Source of the DNA: Octopus bimaculoides
Lineage: Eukaryota
Assembly (NCBI RefSeq): GCF_001194135.2
Contig: NC_068998.1
Coordinates: 38,523,585-38,587,584, forward strand
DNA length: 64,000 nucleotides
Direction of reading: 5' to 3'
Shown here piece after piece: positions 1 to 13,660 of this stretch (the first letter of the stretch is position 1; each line of letters starts with the position of its first letter). The notes beneath the pieces are model-generated. The model searched no databases and was not told where the DNA came from. It saw nothing but the letters and a program-made list of their open reading frames with translations. The position numbers were made by a program, and so were the translations under genes.

Positions 1-33
1 GCATTGACATATGTTTATGACTCATTGTTAATG

Positions 34-187
34 GTGTTCCATGTGGTAAGAAGCTTGCTTCCCAACCACATGGTTCTGGGTTCAGTCCCAACTGCATGGC
101 ACCTTGAGCAAGTGTCTTCTACTATAGCCTCAGGCTGACCAAAGCCTTGTGAGTGGATTTGGTAGATGGAAACAGAAAGAAGCCCAT

Positions 188-190
<3 letters not shown>
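34..190 (+). mobile_element. tRNA-derived CORE-like SINE (family A)
   Basis: Has A-box-like tgtggtaag, B-box-like gggttcagtccc and CORE-like caccttgagcaagtgtctt, and ends in (TG)n. At least 12 copies occur in the window. Confidence 0.85.
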
Positions 191-234
<44 letters not shown>

Positions 235-2183
235 AAGTATATATNNNNNNNNNNNNNNNNNNNNNNNNNNNNNNNNNNNNNNNNNNNNNNNNNNNNNNNN
301 NNNNNNNNNNNNNNNNNNNNNNNNNNNNNNNNNNNNNNNNNNNNNNNNNNNNNNNNNNNNNNNNNNNNNNNNNNNNNNNNNNNNNNNNNNNNNNNNNNNN
401 NNNNNNNNNNNNNNNNNNNNNNNNNNNNNNNNNNNNNNNNNNNNNNNNNNNNNNNNNNNNNNNNNNNNNNNNNNNNNNNNNNNNNNNNNNNNNNNNNNNN
501 NNNNNNNNNNNNNNNNNNNNNNNNNNNNNNNNNNNNNNNNNNNNNNNNNNNNNNNNNNNNNNNNNNNNNNNNNNNNNNNNNNNNNNNNNNNNNNNNNNNN
601 NNNNNNNNNNNNNNNNNNNNNNNNNNNNNNNNNNNNNNNNNNNNNNNNNNNNNNNNNNNNNNNNNNNNNNNNNNNNNNNNNNNNNNNNNNNNNNNNNNNN
701 NNNNNNNNNNNNNNNNNNNNNNNNNNNNNNNNNNNNNNNNNNNNNNNNNNNNNNNNNNNNNNNNNNNNNNNNNNNNNNNNNNNNNNNNNNNNNNNNNNNN
801 NNNNNNNNNNNNNNNNNNNNNNNNNNNNNNNNNNNNNNNNNNNNNNNNNNNNNNNNNNNNNNNNNNNNNNNNNNNNNNNNNNNNNNNNNNNNNNNNNNNN
901 NNNNNNNNNNNNNNNNNNNNNNNNNNNNNNNNNNNNNNNNNNNNNNNNNNNNNNNNNNNNNNNNNNNNNNNNNNNNNNNNNNNNNNNNNNNNNNNNNNNN
1001 NNNNNNNNNNNNNNNNNNNNNNNNNNNNNNNNNNNNNNNNNNNNNNNNNNNNNNNNNNNNNNNNNNNNNNNNNNNNNNNNNNNNNNNNNNNNNNNNNNNN
1101 NNNNNNNNNNNNNNNNNNNNNNNNNNNNNNNNNNNNNNNNNNNNNNNNNNNNNNNNNNNNNNNNNNNNNNNNNNNNNNNNNNNNNNNNNNNNNNNNNNNN
1201 NNNNNNNNNNNNNNNNNNNNNNNNGAGGAAAGGAGGAGGAGGAGGAGGAGGAAGGGGCATGAGGAGAAGGCAGGTGGGGGAGGAGAGTTGGAGGGAGAGG
1301 AGAATGGTGGTAGCGGCGATTGTGGTGGTGATGTTGATGACGATGACAACAACAGCAATGATGACGATGATGATGATGGTGCCAGTGACAGCCAAGGTAA
1401 TGGTGATAGTGATGGCGGCTGTGGAGGTGGTGGCGATGACGATGATCACCGTCATCACCACAATGATTACAATGACAACGACAACGATGACAATGATGAT
1501 ACTGATTACAAGATGATAAGGATAATGATGACAACAAGAAGGATAAGAAAGAAGTTCATTGATTTCTAATTGAATTAACCCCACTCTTAGAATATGAAAA
1601 ATGTAAGTAAATTAAGTGCTTAGATAACAAGACAAATGTTGTCTTATCTATTTGAAAACCTAACAATAAAATAATAATTTCAACCTTTCCAATATATTTA
1701 TACATATAAATATATACATACATACATACGTACACATATATGTATGTATATCTGTAAGGATAGATGGATGTATATACATATGTGTGTGTGTGCATGTGTG
1801 TATATGTACGTATATATATATCTATATATACACACACAGATACATTCAAATATATGAAATAATGCTTCTGCATGCACACACAGATGCACATGCACACGCA
1901 CACATATATATACATGTACACACACACACATATGTACATATATAAATACATACATACCCATGTCTCTATATATCTATATATATATACATATACATACATC
2001 TATGGTTATGTCTGTATATATCTATATATATATACATATACATACATCTATGGTTATGTCTGTATATATACATACATAACCATAGATGTATGTACATGTA
2101 TATATATAGATATATAGAGACAATCTATATATATACATATATATAGATATATCTATATATATACATATACATGCATCTATGGT

Positions 2184-2229
<46 letters not shown>

Positions 2230-2634
2230 CATACATACATACATACATACCTTCTGTGTGTAAAAATTGAATTTGAAAATGAAATTTCATAATCTATTCA
2301 GCTGAGAAATATCTGTCGAACTCTGGTAAATTCGCAAACTAAAATATATCTCCAGTATTATTAAAATAGATTCGGGAGAAACTATAATTTTTAACCAACC
2401 ATCTTAAAAATCAATAAGCCTACATTTCTAAAACTAACTAGGACTGATCACTTCTTTTTTTGTTTTTTAAATGTGTTTATCTTAAAAATAATCATAGTAA
2501 TAATAGCAATAATAATAATAATAATAATGATAATCCTTTCTTTATTGGCCACAAGGGCTCACTTGAACATACAAATACAAAATGTGACGCACAAGTCGTT
2601 AGATGTGTGAGGATATACAATATACTTCTGAATA

Positions 2635-2943
2635 TCTACTACTACTATTACTACTACTACTACTACTACTATAACCACTACCACTACTACCACCACTACT
2701 ACTACTACTATAACTACTAGAACCAACAACACCACAACCACCACTACCATCACCACTACTATTACTATAACTACTACTACTACCACCACCACAACAACCA
2801 CCACCACCATCACCACTACTACTACTACAACTATAAATACTACTACCACTACCACCACCACAACCACCATCACAACAACCACCAACACCACAACCACCTG
2901 CACCACAACCACCACCACCATAACAACAACAACAACCACCACC

Positions 2944-3005
<62 letters not shown>

Positions 3006-3035
3006 TAATAATAATAATAATAATAATAATAGAAA
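2635..3035. repeat. Compound trinucleotide microsatellite (ACT/ACC/ACA/AAT)
   Basis: Direct reading. Confidence 0.95.
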
Positions 3036-3425
3036 TAATGATAATATAATGGCTGCCAGTCAGAAATGAGGGTCACTTGTTGTTAGCATGTGCCATGTTT
3101 TTGCTAATTGTTTGCGATGCTTATTCATAATCATTTAATGGCCACTTTTCCAACCGTCCATGTATCTGAAGGAATTTGTTTGCTGGGGTAGATTTTTTCT
3201 ACAGCTGAATGCTTTTCCCATTGCCCACCTTCACCTGTTCCCAAGTAAGGTAACATTTCTTCATGGCCAGGTGTGTTTCTTTGCTTTGTTCTTATGATGG
3301 TGATGCTAATTTACAATCATCACATGATGTGAAGACAAAAGGCACACACACACACACAAATATTCTCACTTAAAATGAGATAGTTTTGGTGAAGCATTGT
3401 GGGATATAACTTTTGTGAGAAAGTT

Positions 3426-3648
3426 GGCACTCCGTCGCTTACGACGACGAGGGTTCCAGTTGATCCGATCATCGGAACAGCCTGCTCGTGAAATTAACGT
3501 GCAAGTGGCTGAACACTCCACAGACACGTGTACCCTTAACGTAGTTCTCGGGGAGATTCAGCGTGACATAGTACGACAAGGCTGACCCTTTGAATTACAG
3601 GCACAACAGAAACAGGAAGTAAGAGAGTGAGAGAAAGTTGTGGCGAAA
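3426..3648 (-). mobile_element. SINE head H2 body + tail T1 (head in gap)
   Basis: Matches the 55300-55502 tail and the 35180-35220 body. Confidence 0.8.
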
Positions 3649-4129
3649 NNNNNNNNNNNNNNNNNNNNNNNNNNNNNNNNNNNNNNNNNNNNNNNNNNNN
3701 NNNNNNNNNNNNNNNNNNNNNNNNNNNNNNNNNNNNNNNNNNNNNNNNNNNNNNNNNNNNNNNNNNNNNNNNNNNNNNNNNNNNNNNNNNNNNNNNNNNN
3801 NNNNNNNNNNNNNNNNNNNNNNNNNNNNNNNNNNNNNNNNNNNNNNNNNNNNNNNNNNNNNNNNNNNNNNNNNNNNNNNNNNNNNNNNNNNNNNNNNNNN
3901 NNNNNNNNNNNNNNNNNNNNNNNNNNNNNNNNNNNNNNNNNNNNNNNNNNNNNNNNNNNNNNNNNNNNNNNNNNNNNNGAGGAAGAGGAGGAGGAGGAGG
4001 AGGAGGATAACAATGATGATGATGATGATGATGATGATAATGATTTCAAATTTTAACACAACGCCAGCAGTTTTACAGGAGGTGGGTAAGTCAATTACGC
4101 TGTTCCTGGGTGTTCAACTGGTACAATGA

Positions 4130-6180
4130 TAAAATAGCAACAGCAATAAAAAATATAGACCTGGCCATCACAGAATTAATTAAAACAGACACAAACATCA
4201 ATATCACCAAGCTGGGTGAAATATTATATGCGACAGCCACTGTACTTCTAAAGGAAAGTGAGTACTGTATTTCTAAAGGAAAGTGAGTACTTCTTCAGAT
4301 CTGCTCAAGTAGGCTTAGCAAAACTCAAGCAAGCGACATGGAAAACAAATATACATTAAAAAGAAAAGATCTTTCAATCCTTAATATAATCAAGAACAAA
4401 ACGATGCAACTGGGAAAAAGCTAGGAGAGAAAAAAATACTACAGTAATGTAATGTAAAAGAAGAAGTAACAAGAATCAAAGAACGTCTGAAATAAGAGAT
4501 CCTCACCAAATCACAAAGGATCTAGAAGCATGAAAAACAAAAAAGAAAAAAACAGAAAACAAAGAAAAAGAAAAGGAATTAACAGCTACTCTTTGAACAA
4601 AGCAAACAACCATTCTAACCAAAAACTATTTTATCAAAAACTTGGTTAAAAAAATATTAACAGAAATCAATGCAGCACTAACTGTAAGAGAAATAGAATA
4701 ATTCGGAAGAGGCTTTTAGGCAGCGAAGGAATCACTAAGGATGATATTGTTCAAAGTATGAACGCAGCATCAGAGCAGTCGCAAGAGATCGTAACAACAA
4801 AAGTAGCCAAAAGGCGCTGAAAAGAGAATGAAAACTTTTAGTTAAAACATTCAATGGAAATACATCAACTCAAAATATTACACACCTATAAGTTTCCTTC
4901 CTACGAAACCTTACTTGCAATAATATCACTGAGAGTACCGTAATCTCTTCCCTGCATCGTTCCAATTTTAGGATATGTATTGCTGAAGTAACACAAAAAA
5001 ATATGAATATTTAAATCACTAATTCCAGATATGAAATTCGGAGACAAGCCTACAGTTATATAGAATACCGAAACCACCATGTTGCGATCTTGATTGTAGC
5101 TCCTTAACCACTAGACTACATGCCTTCACGAGAATACCGTATATGATGGCACAAAAGACGCATTCAGTTTCAGAATATTTAGGAAAAAACGTTTGTAGTG
5201 CCTTAGAGTTTATGGGGAACCCAACTTCGCATATAGGACCAGGGTGAGGTTTTGAGATATATTTTTGAAAATAAAAAGTGTGTTTTATATGCTATTCAGT
5301 TGGCAAAAAATTAGTTGTACCTGTAATTCAAAGGGCCAGCCTTGTCACACTCTGTGTCATGCTGAATCTCCCTGAGAACTATATTAAGGGTACACATGTC
5401 TGTGGAGTGCTCGGCCACTTGCACGTTAATTTAATGAGCAAGCTGTTCGGTTGATCAAATTAACTGGAACACTTGTCATTGTAACTTATCAGATACATGA
5501 AATCTCGTCTGTACCCAGAAGAGCAGAAAGGATGCTTCCAATGTTTATATGGCTTTAACGATCAATTACCGATCAACAAAGCAATATCCAAAGACTGCTG
5601 AAAGAGAAAAATGTGTTTGAACAAAACATGGACTGGTTACCAGAAGGATTTTGACAGTATTCCTCATACATTTGATCCTGGAAAAATCTTGAAACGTGTT
5701 ATGAGTTAATAGCAGACAATTTTGCAAATGCAAATCCAAACCAACTCCGACGAAGGTTCCCTCCACTCCTTTTCAGGCTACAGCTGACATCTTTAAGCAA
5801 TGTGTTAAAACAGAACTGGATTCAGATACAAAAGCCATATGACTGCATGCATCTTTTACGTACGAACGACCTCAAGTTGCTCACACTGCTGCTGATAAAG
5901 TACAAGAAACACTACTGCAGATAGTACAGGGATTTATCAGAGAAACTGATATGAGATTCGGATTAGAAAATTACGTCAAATATAATCTTGAAGCGAGGAT
6001 ATTTAATTAGCAACACTAAGAAACTGATAAGAGAATTACAACAAACACAAACACACAAATACTTAGCAGCGAATGAACTAGACATATTCTGCAGTAACTT
6101 ACTACGTTCTGTTTTCTTATGTAATTTTGGTGGTTTCTGGTGAGGAAGCTTTAATCCTCTTCCTCAGTAAAAAAAAAAAA
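4130..6180 (+). mobile_element. Degenerate R4/Dong-type non-LTR retrotransposon (RT region), interrupted by SINEs
   Basis: Fragmentary translations match RLE-clade RT motifs: NQKLFYQKL (~4617), PEEQKGC (5515), GYQKDFDSIPH (~5633; DYKKAFDSVPH-like), HLLRTNDLKL (~5848; HLLYMDDLKL-like), MRFGLEN and KYLA. Many stops and frameshifts. There is a 25-bp internal tandem duplication at ~4241-4290. Confidence 0.8.
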
Positions 6181-7358
6181 ACATCCTTCATTCTCAGCAT
6201 TTAAGTCTTGGTCGAACAGGCGTTCGAGCTGCGTCTCTGCTGCTCCAACATATTTTATTTAGGACAAGGTTATCCAATGTATCCTTTTTTTCTCTTTTCA
6301 AGAATACGATGCGATTTGAGGAGATATATACGGCTGTTATTTTTAGCACCTAGATACACGTCTAGTTTGCTCGCGAAATGTCTGCTTGCTTAACACAGCA
6401 CCAACAGTCAGTTCGATGTACAGTGTCCAAAGGAGAGGTACCCCATAAAAGATAACCGAGTCTTGATAGGGGGGTTTACCCAACAACAATAATATGGCAC
6501 AGCTTAGTACGTCTAAGGTGAAAGTGGATAACGTTTTAATGCTGGATGGCCACATTAAAGGCTAACCACCATCTGACAAGGCTGTATTAAAAAAAAATTA
6601 TACTGCTAAACCTATTGTTTTAATCTCTAACAAAATGTAGCAAAAGTAAAGTTTTGGAAAATAAGCACACTAACCAACATCGCCGCCGCCGCAGCTACTA
6701 TCACCCCCCCTCACCGCCGCCGTCGCCTCCACCATCATCACCGCTGCCGCCGCTACCACCGCTACCATCACCACAACTGTAACTTTTTTTTTTTTACTGC
6801 AAAGCTCTCCAGATTTGTGTTCAAACACAATCGTAATTACTTTAAACAAGTAATTATAAGTGTAGGTAATGGAATATAAATAGAGGTTTCTAAAATTCGC
6901 AATTAGTTGAAAAGATAGGCTTTAGATAAAACTAAAGCGACCAAAATATATTCCGGTATAATGATTTTTTTTCCTCCCTCTCAAACGTTGCACCTAGTTT
7001 TTAGACAAACCTCCAGAAGACTGTATATTTCTACCTGTTCGAGATAAGCTTTATTTTAACAATCTGGATGCAAACTATTTCAACCGAACTTAGTAGGTAC
7101 AATATAACCAGAAACGGCAACGAATATATTTTGAGAACTATAACAAAAACATCGTGTAGAAATTTCTCTCAAGCAACAACAATATTTCCATTAGCTGAAT
7201 TGAAAATGGAGCCGCTACACGATTTGCTAGAAAAAGAAACCAAAACTCACTCAAATCATATACTTTAATACTATCATTGGAAAAGGAAAGAACGCACTGG
7301 ATAAAGTAGTCCTAGATATACTATATATATATATATATGTGTGAGTGTGTGTGTGTGC

Positions 7359-7390
<32 letters not shown>

Positions 7391-7419
7391 ATATGTATAT
7401 ATGGGAGAATTTACGGAAA

Positions 7420-7560
7420 AAACAATAAACGAAGACAGGTGGTGTAAACAACAAATGGATGTATTAGTTTGACGCTCGAGTATAGAGAAAATCTTTGACA
7501 TTTCGAGCTTACGCTCTTCAACTGAAAGGAACACAGAAAGAAATAAGGAGAGAAAGAAGA
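7420..7560 (-). mobile_element. Hammerhead-bearing short repeat (family 1), probable Penelope-like pLTR remnant
   Basis: About 140 bp homologous to 15900-16040 (+) and 34208-34270 (-, truncated at (TA)n and a gap). Shared motif: gagcgtcaaactaatacat...ttgttgtt...gtcttcgt. Confidence 0.55.
7493..7528 (-). ncRNA. Degenerate minimal hammerhead ribozyme (family HH-1)
   Basis: Minus strand reads CTTT-CAGTTGA-A-GAGC(GTAA)GCTC-GAAATGTC-AAAG. Stems I and II are intact; the core carries U4A and A6U. Flanks are homologous to 15900-16040. Confidence 0.6.
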
Positions 7561-7742
7561 CGAATGCCGGACAGAAGGATCCTCTCTCTCTCTATATATA
7601 TATACATATATATATTATCTTTTACTTGCTTCAGTCATTAGACTGCAGCCACACTGGGGCACCGCCTTGAGAAATTTTAGTCGCATTTATCGATCCCAGT
7701 ACTTCTAAGTAGTAAATGACGCTCAGGGAAGGAAAGAAAGTG

Positions 7743-7779
7743 TGTTTAACGTTTCGAGCAAAGCTCTTCTTCAGAAACA
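7743..7779 (-). ncRNA. Minimal type-I hammerhead ribozyme, canonical core (family HH-2)
   Basis: Minus strand reads TGTTT-CTGAAGA-A-GAGC(TTT)GCTC-GAAACGTT-AAACA. Stem I is TGTTT/AAACA (5 bp), the core is CUGANGA, stem II is 4 bp, and stem III is the palindrome ACGU with a GUU cleavage triplet. Confidence 0.8.
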
Positions 7780-8140
7780 GGAAACAGAGGAAAATCCAAG
7801 AGAAAAGGAAGACGGAGGGGGGAAAATCGCTAACACTCCACATGTAGTTACATTTTGGAATGACCAGAAGGGGGTGGAGAAAGAAAAAGTTCTTTCTAAG
7901 ACTGGAGAGTGTTAAAAAAGGAGGTATCTATGTATGTGTAGGTATGTGCACGCAGGCGTGTGTGTGTGGCAGTAACTGAGTGTATGTGTGTATGTATGCG
8001 GGTGGTGGTAACTGTATGTGTGTGTGTGTGTGTGTGTAATAACAATAATTCTATGATGGAATTTATAGATATTTAATACGTCGCTACGCGCGTTTCCACA
8101 AATCACATGATTTTAACGTCAGAATCGGTATAAATACAAT

Positions 8141-8280
8141 GGGCTTCTTTCAGTTTCCGTCTACTAAATCCATTCACAAGGCATTAGTCAATCCGAGGCT
8201 ATAGTAGACGAGGCTTGCCCAAGGCATCACGCAATGTGGTTGGGAAGCAAATCTTACCACGCAGCCACGCCCACGCCTAT
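8141..8280 (-). mobile_element. SINE family A
   Basis: Reverse-complement match to 34-190, partly deleted. Confidence 0.75.
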
Positions 8281-8519
8281 ATATATTTATACATCAAGAG
8301 AGGACGTTCGTGGCTAGACCATCAATTATCAGAAGTCTCCTTAAATAGAACTGACCTAGGGACAATTAACAGAGATTCTCTTAACAAAAAGAGACCGCAC
8401 CATCATTGCTATTGCCAGTTCCCGTCACCATCGACCAGGAGCAAAAGAAAACGCCTCTACGCGGTCGCCCAAACCCGAACTGCTAGAAATAGCTGCCAAA
8501 TCTTGCTCAAACAATAGTT

Positions 8520-8690
8520 TCGGGTTTTGGCACAAGGCCAGCAATTTTGGGGGAGGTGGAAGTCGATTACATTGATCCTAGTGTTCAACAGGTACTTATT
8601 TCATCGACCCCTTAAGGGTGAAAGGCAAAGTTGACCTCTGCAAAATTTTAACACGGAACATAAAGTCGGGCGAAATGCCGCTAAGTATTT
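8520..8690 (-). mobile_element. SINE family B
   Basis: Reverse-complement match to 20327-20548. Confidence 0.75.
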
Positions 8691-9311
8691 TGCCTGGAGT
8701 AAGCTTTCTTATAGGCACGGACACGTTGAATGATGGAGTGGCTATAGGTTCTCCCTGCACATAGGCTGGAATGCATTCGATCATAGGTTTGCTGGATCAA
8801 CAAGAGCAACAACATCAACAACACCAACAACAACCCACCCCACATCGTAATCCCACCGCCGCCACCCCNNNNNNNNNNNNNNNNNNNNNNNNNNNNNNNN
8901 NNNNNNNNNNNNNNNNNNNNNNNNNNNNNNNNNNNNNNNNNNNNNNNNNNNNNNNNNNNNNNNNNNNNNNNNNNNNNNNNNNNNNNNNNNNNNNNNNNNN
9001 NNNNNNNNNNNNNNNNNNNNNNNNNNNNNNNNNNNNNNNNNNNNNNNNNNNNNNNNNNNNNNNNNNNNNNNNNNNNNNNNNNNNNNNNNNNNNNNNNNNN
9101 NNNNNNNNNNNNNNNNNNNNNNNNNNNNNNNNNNNNNNNNNNNNNNNNNNNNNNNNNNNNNNNNNNNNNNNNNNNNNNNNNNNNNNNNNNNNNNNNNNNN
9201 NNNNNNNNNNNNNNNNNNNNNNNNNNNNNNNNNNNNNNNNNNNNNNNNNNNNNNNNNNNNNNNNNNNNNNNNNNNNNNNNNNNNNNNNNNNNNNNNNNNT
9301 ATATATACAAC

Positions 9312-9470
9312 AGGCTTCTTTCAGTTTCCGTCTGCCAAATCCACTCACAAGGCTTTGGTCGGCCCGAGGCTATAGTAGAAGACACTTGCCCAAGGTGCCA
9401 CGCAGTGAGAATGAACCCAGAACCATGTGGTTGGTAAGCAAGCTACTTACCACACAGCCACTCCTACGCC
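9312..9470 (-). mobile_element. SINE family A
   Basis: ggcttctttcagtttccg...ccacacagccactcct, near full length. Confidence 0.85.
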
Positions 9471-9604
9471 TATATATTTTTAAAAATTTAAAAAGTAACA
9501 GTGGAGCATATCAGATAACATGGGTTGGTCACGGCCGGAATATCTTTGATCGTAAGTATATGGATTAAAGTTAAGTGTTTAAAGAACATCGAAGATTACG
9601 AAGC

Positions 9605-10150
9605 CCTAGCAACAAGAAAAAAAGCACCTAGCAACAAGGGTAGAATTAATAGTCAAGGAAAAACACAGCCTAAAAATATTGATTTGTGTATTGATAAGTG
9701 CAAGGGCATAATAAGGAGATATAATCGATTAAATCGACCCCGGTACTTGATTGATATCATATCACATTGGTTCCCGGAAGACAAAAAGTAAAAGTTGACC
9801 TAAGTTGGATTTGAACCCAGGACTTAGAGACATAAGTCATTCTGTTTGACATTTTCACAGTTGATTGCCAAAACACAGCTGAAATATAACGACAGTAATC
9901 CTTAGCAACAAAGCTTTGGCGAGCAGCCAGGACAGCATAACCTAGCAACAACGATAGCACAACCTAGTAACAAGAATAGCGTATCCTAGTAACGAGCACA
10001 GCATTGCTTAGCAACGAGAACAAGGACATGTTAGCAACAAGAAAACTATACCTTAGCGACAAGGACAGCATATCCTAGCGACAAGGACAGCACAGCCTAG
10101 CGACAAGCACATCGTTGCCTAGTAACAAGGACAAGCACACCTTAGCAACA
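9605..10150. repeat. Degenerate ~20-22-bp minisatellite
   Basis: Unit like cctagcaacaaggacagcata, about 12 copies at 9900-10150 plus outliers at 9605-9640. Confidence 0.8.
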
Positions 10151-11799
10151 CAAACAGTTATGGTATCACTGCACACTCTTTTTCCCGCCGCTTGTCTGTC
10201 TTAATGTAAACAAGCGTTGGTGGGGGGGAAGCGGATGGAGGAAGGCGCGGAATGTTCAAAGTGATGTACAGGTGTCACACAATATCAACAATATGGTGGT
10301 GGGAGGATGGAGAGGGGGGTTGAGGTAGAACGGAGTGAAGGGGAGTAGCATGAGGCGGAGAGAGAAGGGGAGGAGTGGTAAACGAAAAGGGAATGCCGCT
10401 AACAAACAAAAATAAAGGTGATGGTGGTGGTGGTGGTGGTGGTGGTTGTGGTGGTGTATGGGAGAGAAGGGAGAGAAGGAAGGAGGGGGACGGCGACGAG
10501 ATTTGAAAGGGAATTCCCCTATGTCGTCATCATCGCTATCACCACCAACTGATAACAACAACAACAACAACAACGGACATCGTTGTAACAGTGTGGTGTG
10601 GGTGTGGTGGGAAGAGGAGTAAATAACGAACTGGAAGGAGATGGAGAAATACCACCACCACAACAACAACAACGCCATAAAAGCGTAGGAGGGGGTGATC
10701 GGAAGGGAAGGGGTAAAAAGCTTACGTTTGTTTGGTGGCGGTGGGGGTGGAGATTATAATAATGGTGTAGAGGGAGGATGTGGTNNNNNNNNNNNNNNNN
10801 NNNNNNNNNNNNNNNNNNNNNNNNNNNNNNNNNNNNNNNNNNNNNNNNNNNNNNNNNNNNNNNNNNNNNNNNNNNNNNNNNNNNNNNNNNNNNNNNNNNN
10901 NNNNNNNNNNNNNNNNNNNNNNNNNNNNNNNNNNNNNNNNNNNNNNNNNNNNNNNNNNNNNNNNNNNNNNNNNNNNNNNNNNNNNNNNNNNNNNNNNNNN
11001 NNNNNNNNNNNNNNNNNNNNNNNNNNNNNNNNNNNNNNNNNNNNNNNNNNNNNNNNNNNNNNNNNNNNNNNNNNNNNNNNNNNNNNNNNNNNNNNNNNNN
11101 NNNNNNNNNNNNNNNNNNNNNNNNNNNNNNNNNNNNNNNNNNNNNNNNNNNNNNNNNNNNNNNNNNNNNNNNNNNNNNNNNNNNNNNNNNNNNNNNNNNN
11201 NNNNNNNNNNNNNNNNNNNNNNNNNNNNNNNNNNNNNNNNNNNNNNNNNNNNNNNNNNNNNNNNNNNNNNNNNNNNNNNNNNNNNNNNNNNNNNNNNNNN
11301 NNNNNNNNNNNNNNNNNNNNNNNNNNNNNNNNNNNNNNNNNNNNNNNNNNNNNNNNNNNNNNNNNNNNNNNNNNNNNNNNNNNNNNNNNNNNNNNNNNNN
11401 NNNNNNNNNNNNNNNNNNNNNNNNNNNNNNNNNNNNNNNNNNNNNNNNNNNNNNNNNNNNNNNNNNNNNNNNNNNNNNNNNNNNNNNNNNNNNNNNNNNN
11501 NNNNNNNNNNNNNNNNNNNNNNNNNNNNNTGGTGACGGTGGTGGTGGATGGGGGGGGGGTTTGATGGTTAAGAGGAAGGAAGGAAGGAAAGTGAATGGGT
11601 AGGGTTAGGGAGGTGGGTGAAGTGGCGGTAAACGACGTGGTGGTGGGGGGAGATGAGGGAGGATGAAGAAGAGGAGGAGGCAGAAGATGAAGAAAAGGGG
11701 GAAAGACGGACGGAAGGGAACGGGAGGTGTAAAGCAGACATAATTACAATAATAGCGGCAAAACAACAACAACATGGTTTTGGTGAATGACATGGAAAC

Positions 11800-13660
11800 A
11801 TTACACACACACAATACACACACACAATACACACACATACAATACATGCACACGTATACATACACAAACACATACACAAACATACAAACACGCATACACA
11901 CACATACAATACATGCATATTCACGGACATACGTTGACAAATTCATTCAATAAAAACACACGCAAACACTCACACACACACACACACATTCAATATCACG
12001 CATATGTTCTAACAAGCGAACGCGCACGCACGCACACACACACACATACATACACTCACACACACAGAGACAGACATGCACATTCATGGACATACGTTGA
12101 CAAATTCATTCAACTTACATAAAAACACATACAAACACTCACACACACACACTCACACATACACACACACACACACATTCAATATCACACACATACGTTC
12201 TTACAAGCGCGCACGCACACACACACACATACACACACACATACATACATACACACATGTACCAACATACGTTGACAATTTCGCTCACCTCACGCAAACG
12301 CGCACAAACGCACACTCACATTCGTAAATACACACACGCATACACTTTGACACACACATTCGCAATCACGATTCACACACCTACATACTGGCCCGTGCGT
12401 TCTCACACATACACATACAATATGTACACACACACACACATACATGTGTATGGCGGTGACTTAATTACAATAACAATTAAGTGTGTGGTAGGTGGGGGGA
12501 AGAAAAAGAAAGTAACAATACGCGCGCGTGCGCACGCCACACTTACACACGGCGCACACATCAACGCATAAGCGCACATATGAATCCGTCGTATAAACAC
12601 ATCTCTCACGCATACATATCTCTCACACACCGCACACGTCCCTCACACATACATCCCTCTCACACCACACACCTATACACGCCTCACACATCCACACACC
12701 TCACACGTTTCTCTCTCACGCACGCACACCATACACCTACCACACACATCCCTCACAAACACACACACACACTAACACATATATGTATATGTATATCTTA
12801 TACACACACAAATATACATACACACACACACACACACACACATACATCCTTCACTCTTACACATCCCTCACACATACACCAAATACGCACACATACACCT
12901 ACCTCTCACACGCTCACACTTCTGCCACGCACACAGATACACAGACACTACAAGCATTGCCACATAACCGCACGTCTGCCACATCCTACTACACAAATGA
13001 CACACACAATACATACATATACAAGTACACACCAGACCCACCACGAACACACACCTCACACACACACCATACACACGCCACGCACACCAGGCACACGCAA
13101 CCCATACATACATACATACATACTTCCATATATACATACATATATACATACATACATAAATACGTATATACATGCAATATATATATATACATACATTCGT
13201 ACATAAATGTATATATATATATATATATATGAATATATGCATAAATACATACACACACGCACTATACACATACACACATATATATAAATATATACATATA
13301 TGCAAATATATAGAGAAATACCTAAATGCATACATACATATAGACATATATATACATATATACATACACAAAATTAAAAGCATACATATATATATATAAT
13401 GCATGCATATAATATATACATATAAATATATAAATACATACACAAATACATATATCTTTATACAAATACACACATACACAAACACACACACACACACACA
13501 TCAGTCTGTCTAGAATGTATATTATATATATATATATATATAATATACATAGTAGACAGACTGATGAACTCATTCATCTACATCAGACAGACACCAGACA
13601 CCACAAACACACACAACACACACACACACACACAACACACACATACACACACACACACGC
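11800..13660. repeat. Long CA/TA-rich low-complexity tract with ~165-175-bp tandem units at 11910-12300
   Basis: The anchor acgttgacaa recurs at ~11931, ~12094 and ~12269. Confidence 0.85.

Noticed and set aside
15-1584. Long ORFs of 250-480 aa here and at the other gaps
   Set aside because: They are open only because they run through N-gaps and simple repeats.
8080-8125. Hammerhead on the minus strand (CTGACGT...GAAACGCGCGTA)
   Set aside because: A9 is substituted, stem II is irregular and stem I does not pair. At best it is a heavily decayed copy.
9900-10150. CRISPR-like repeat array
   Set aside because: It is a eukaryotic degenerate minisatellite without unique spacers or cas genes.
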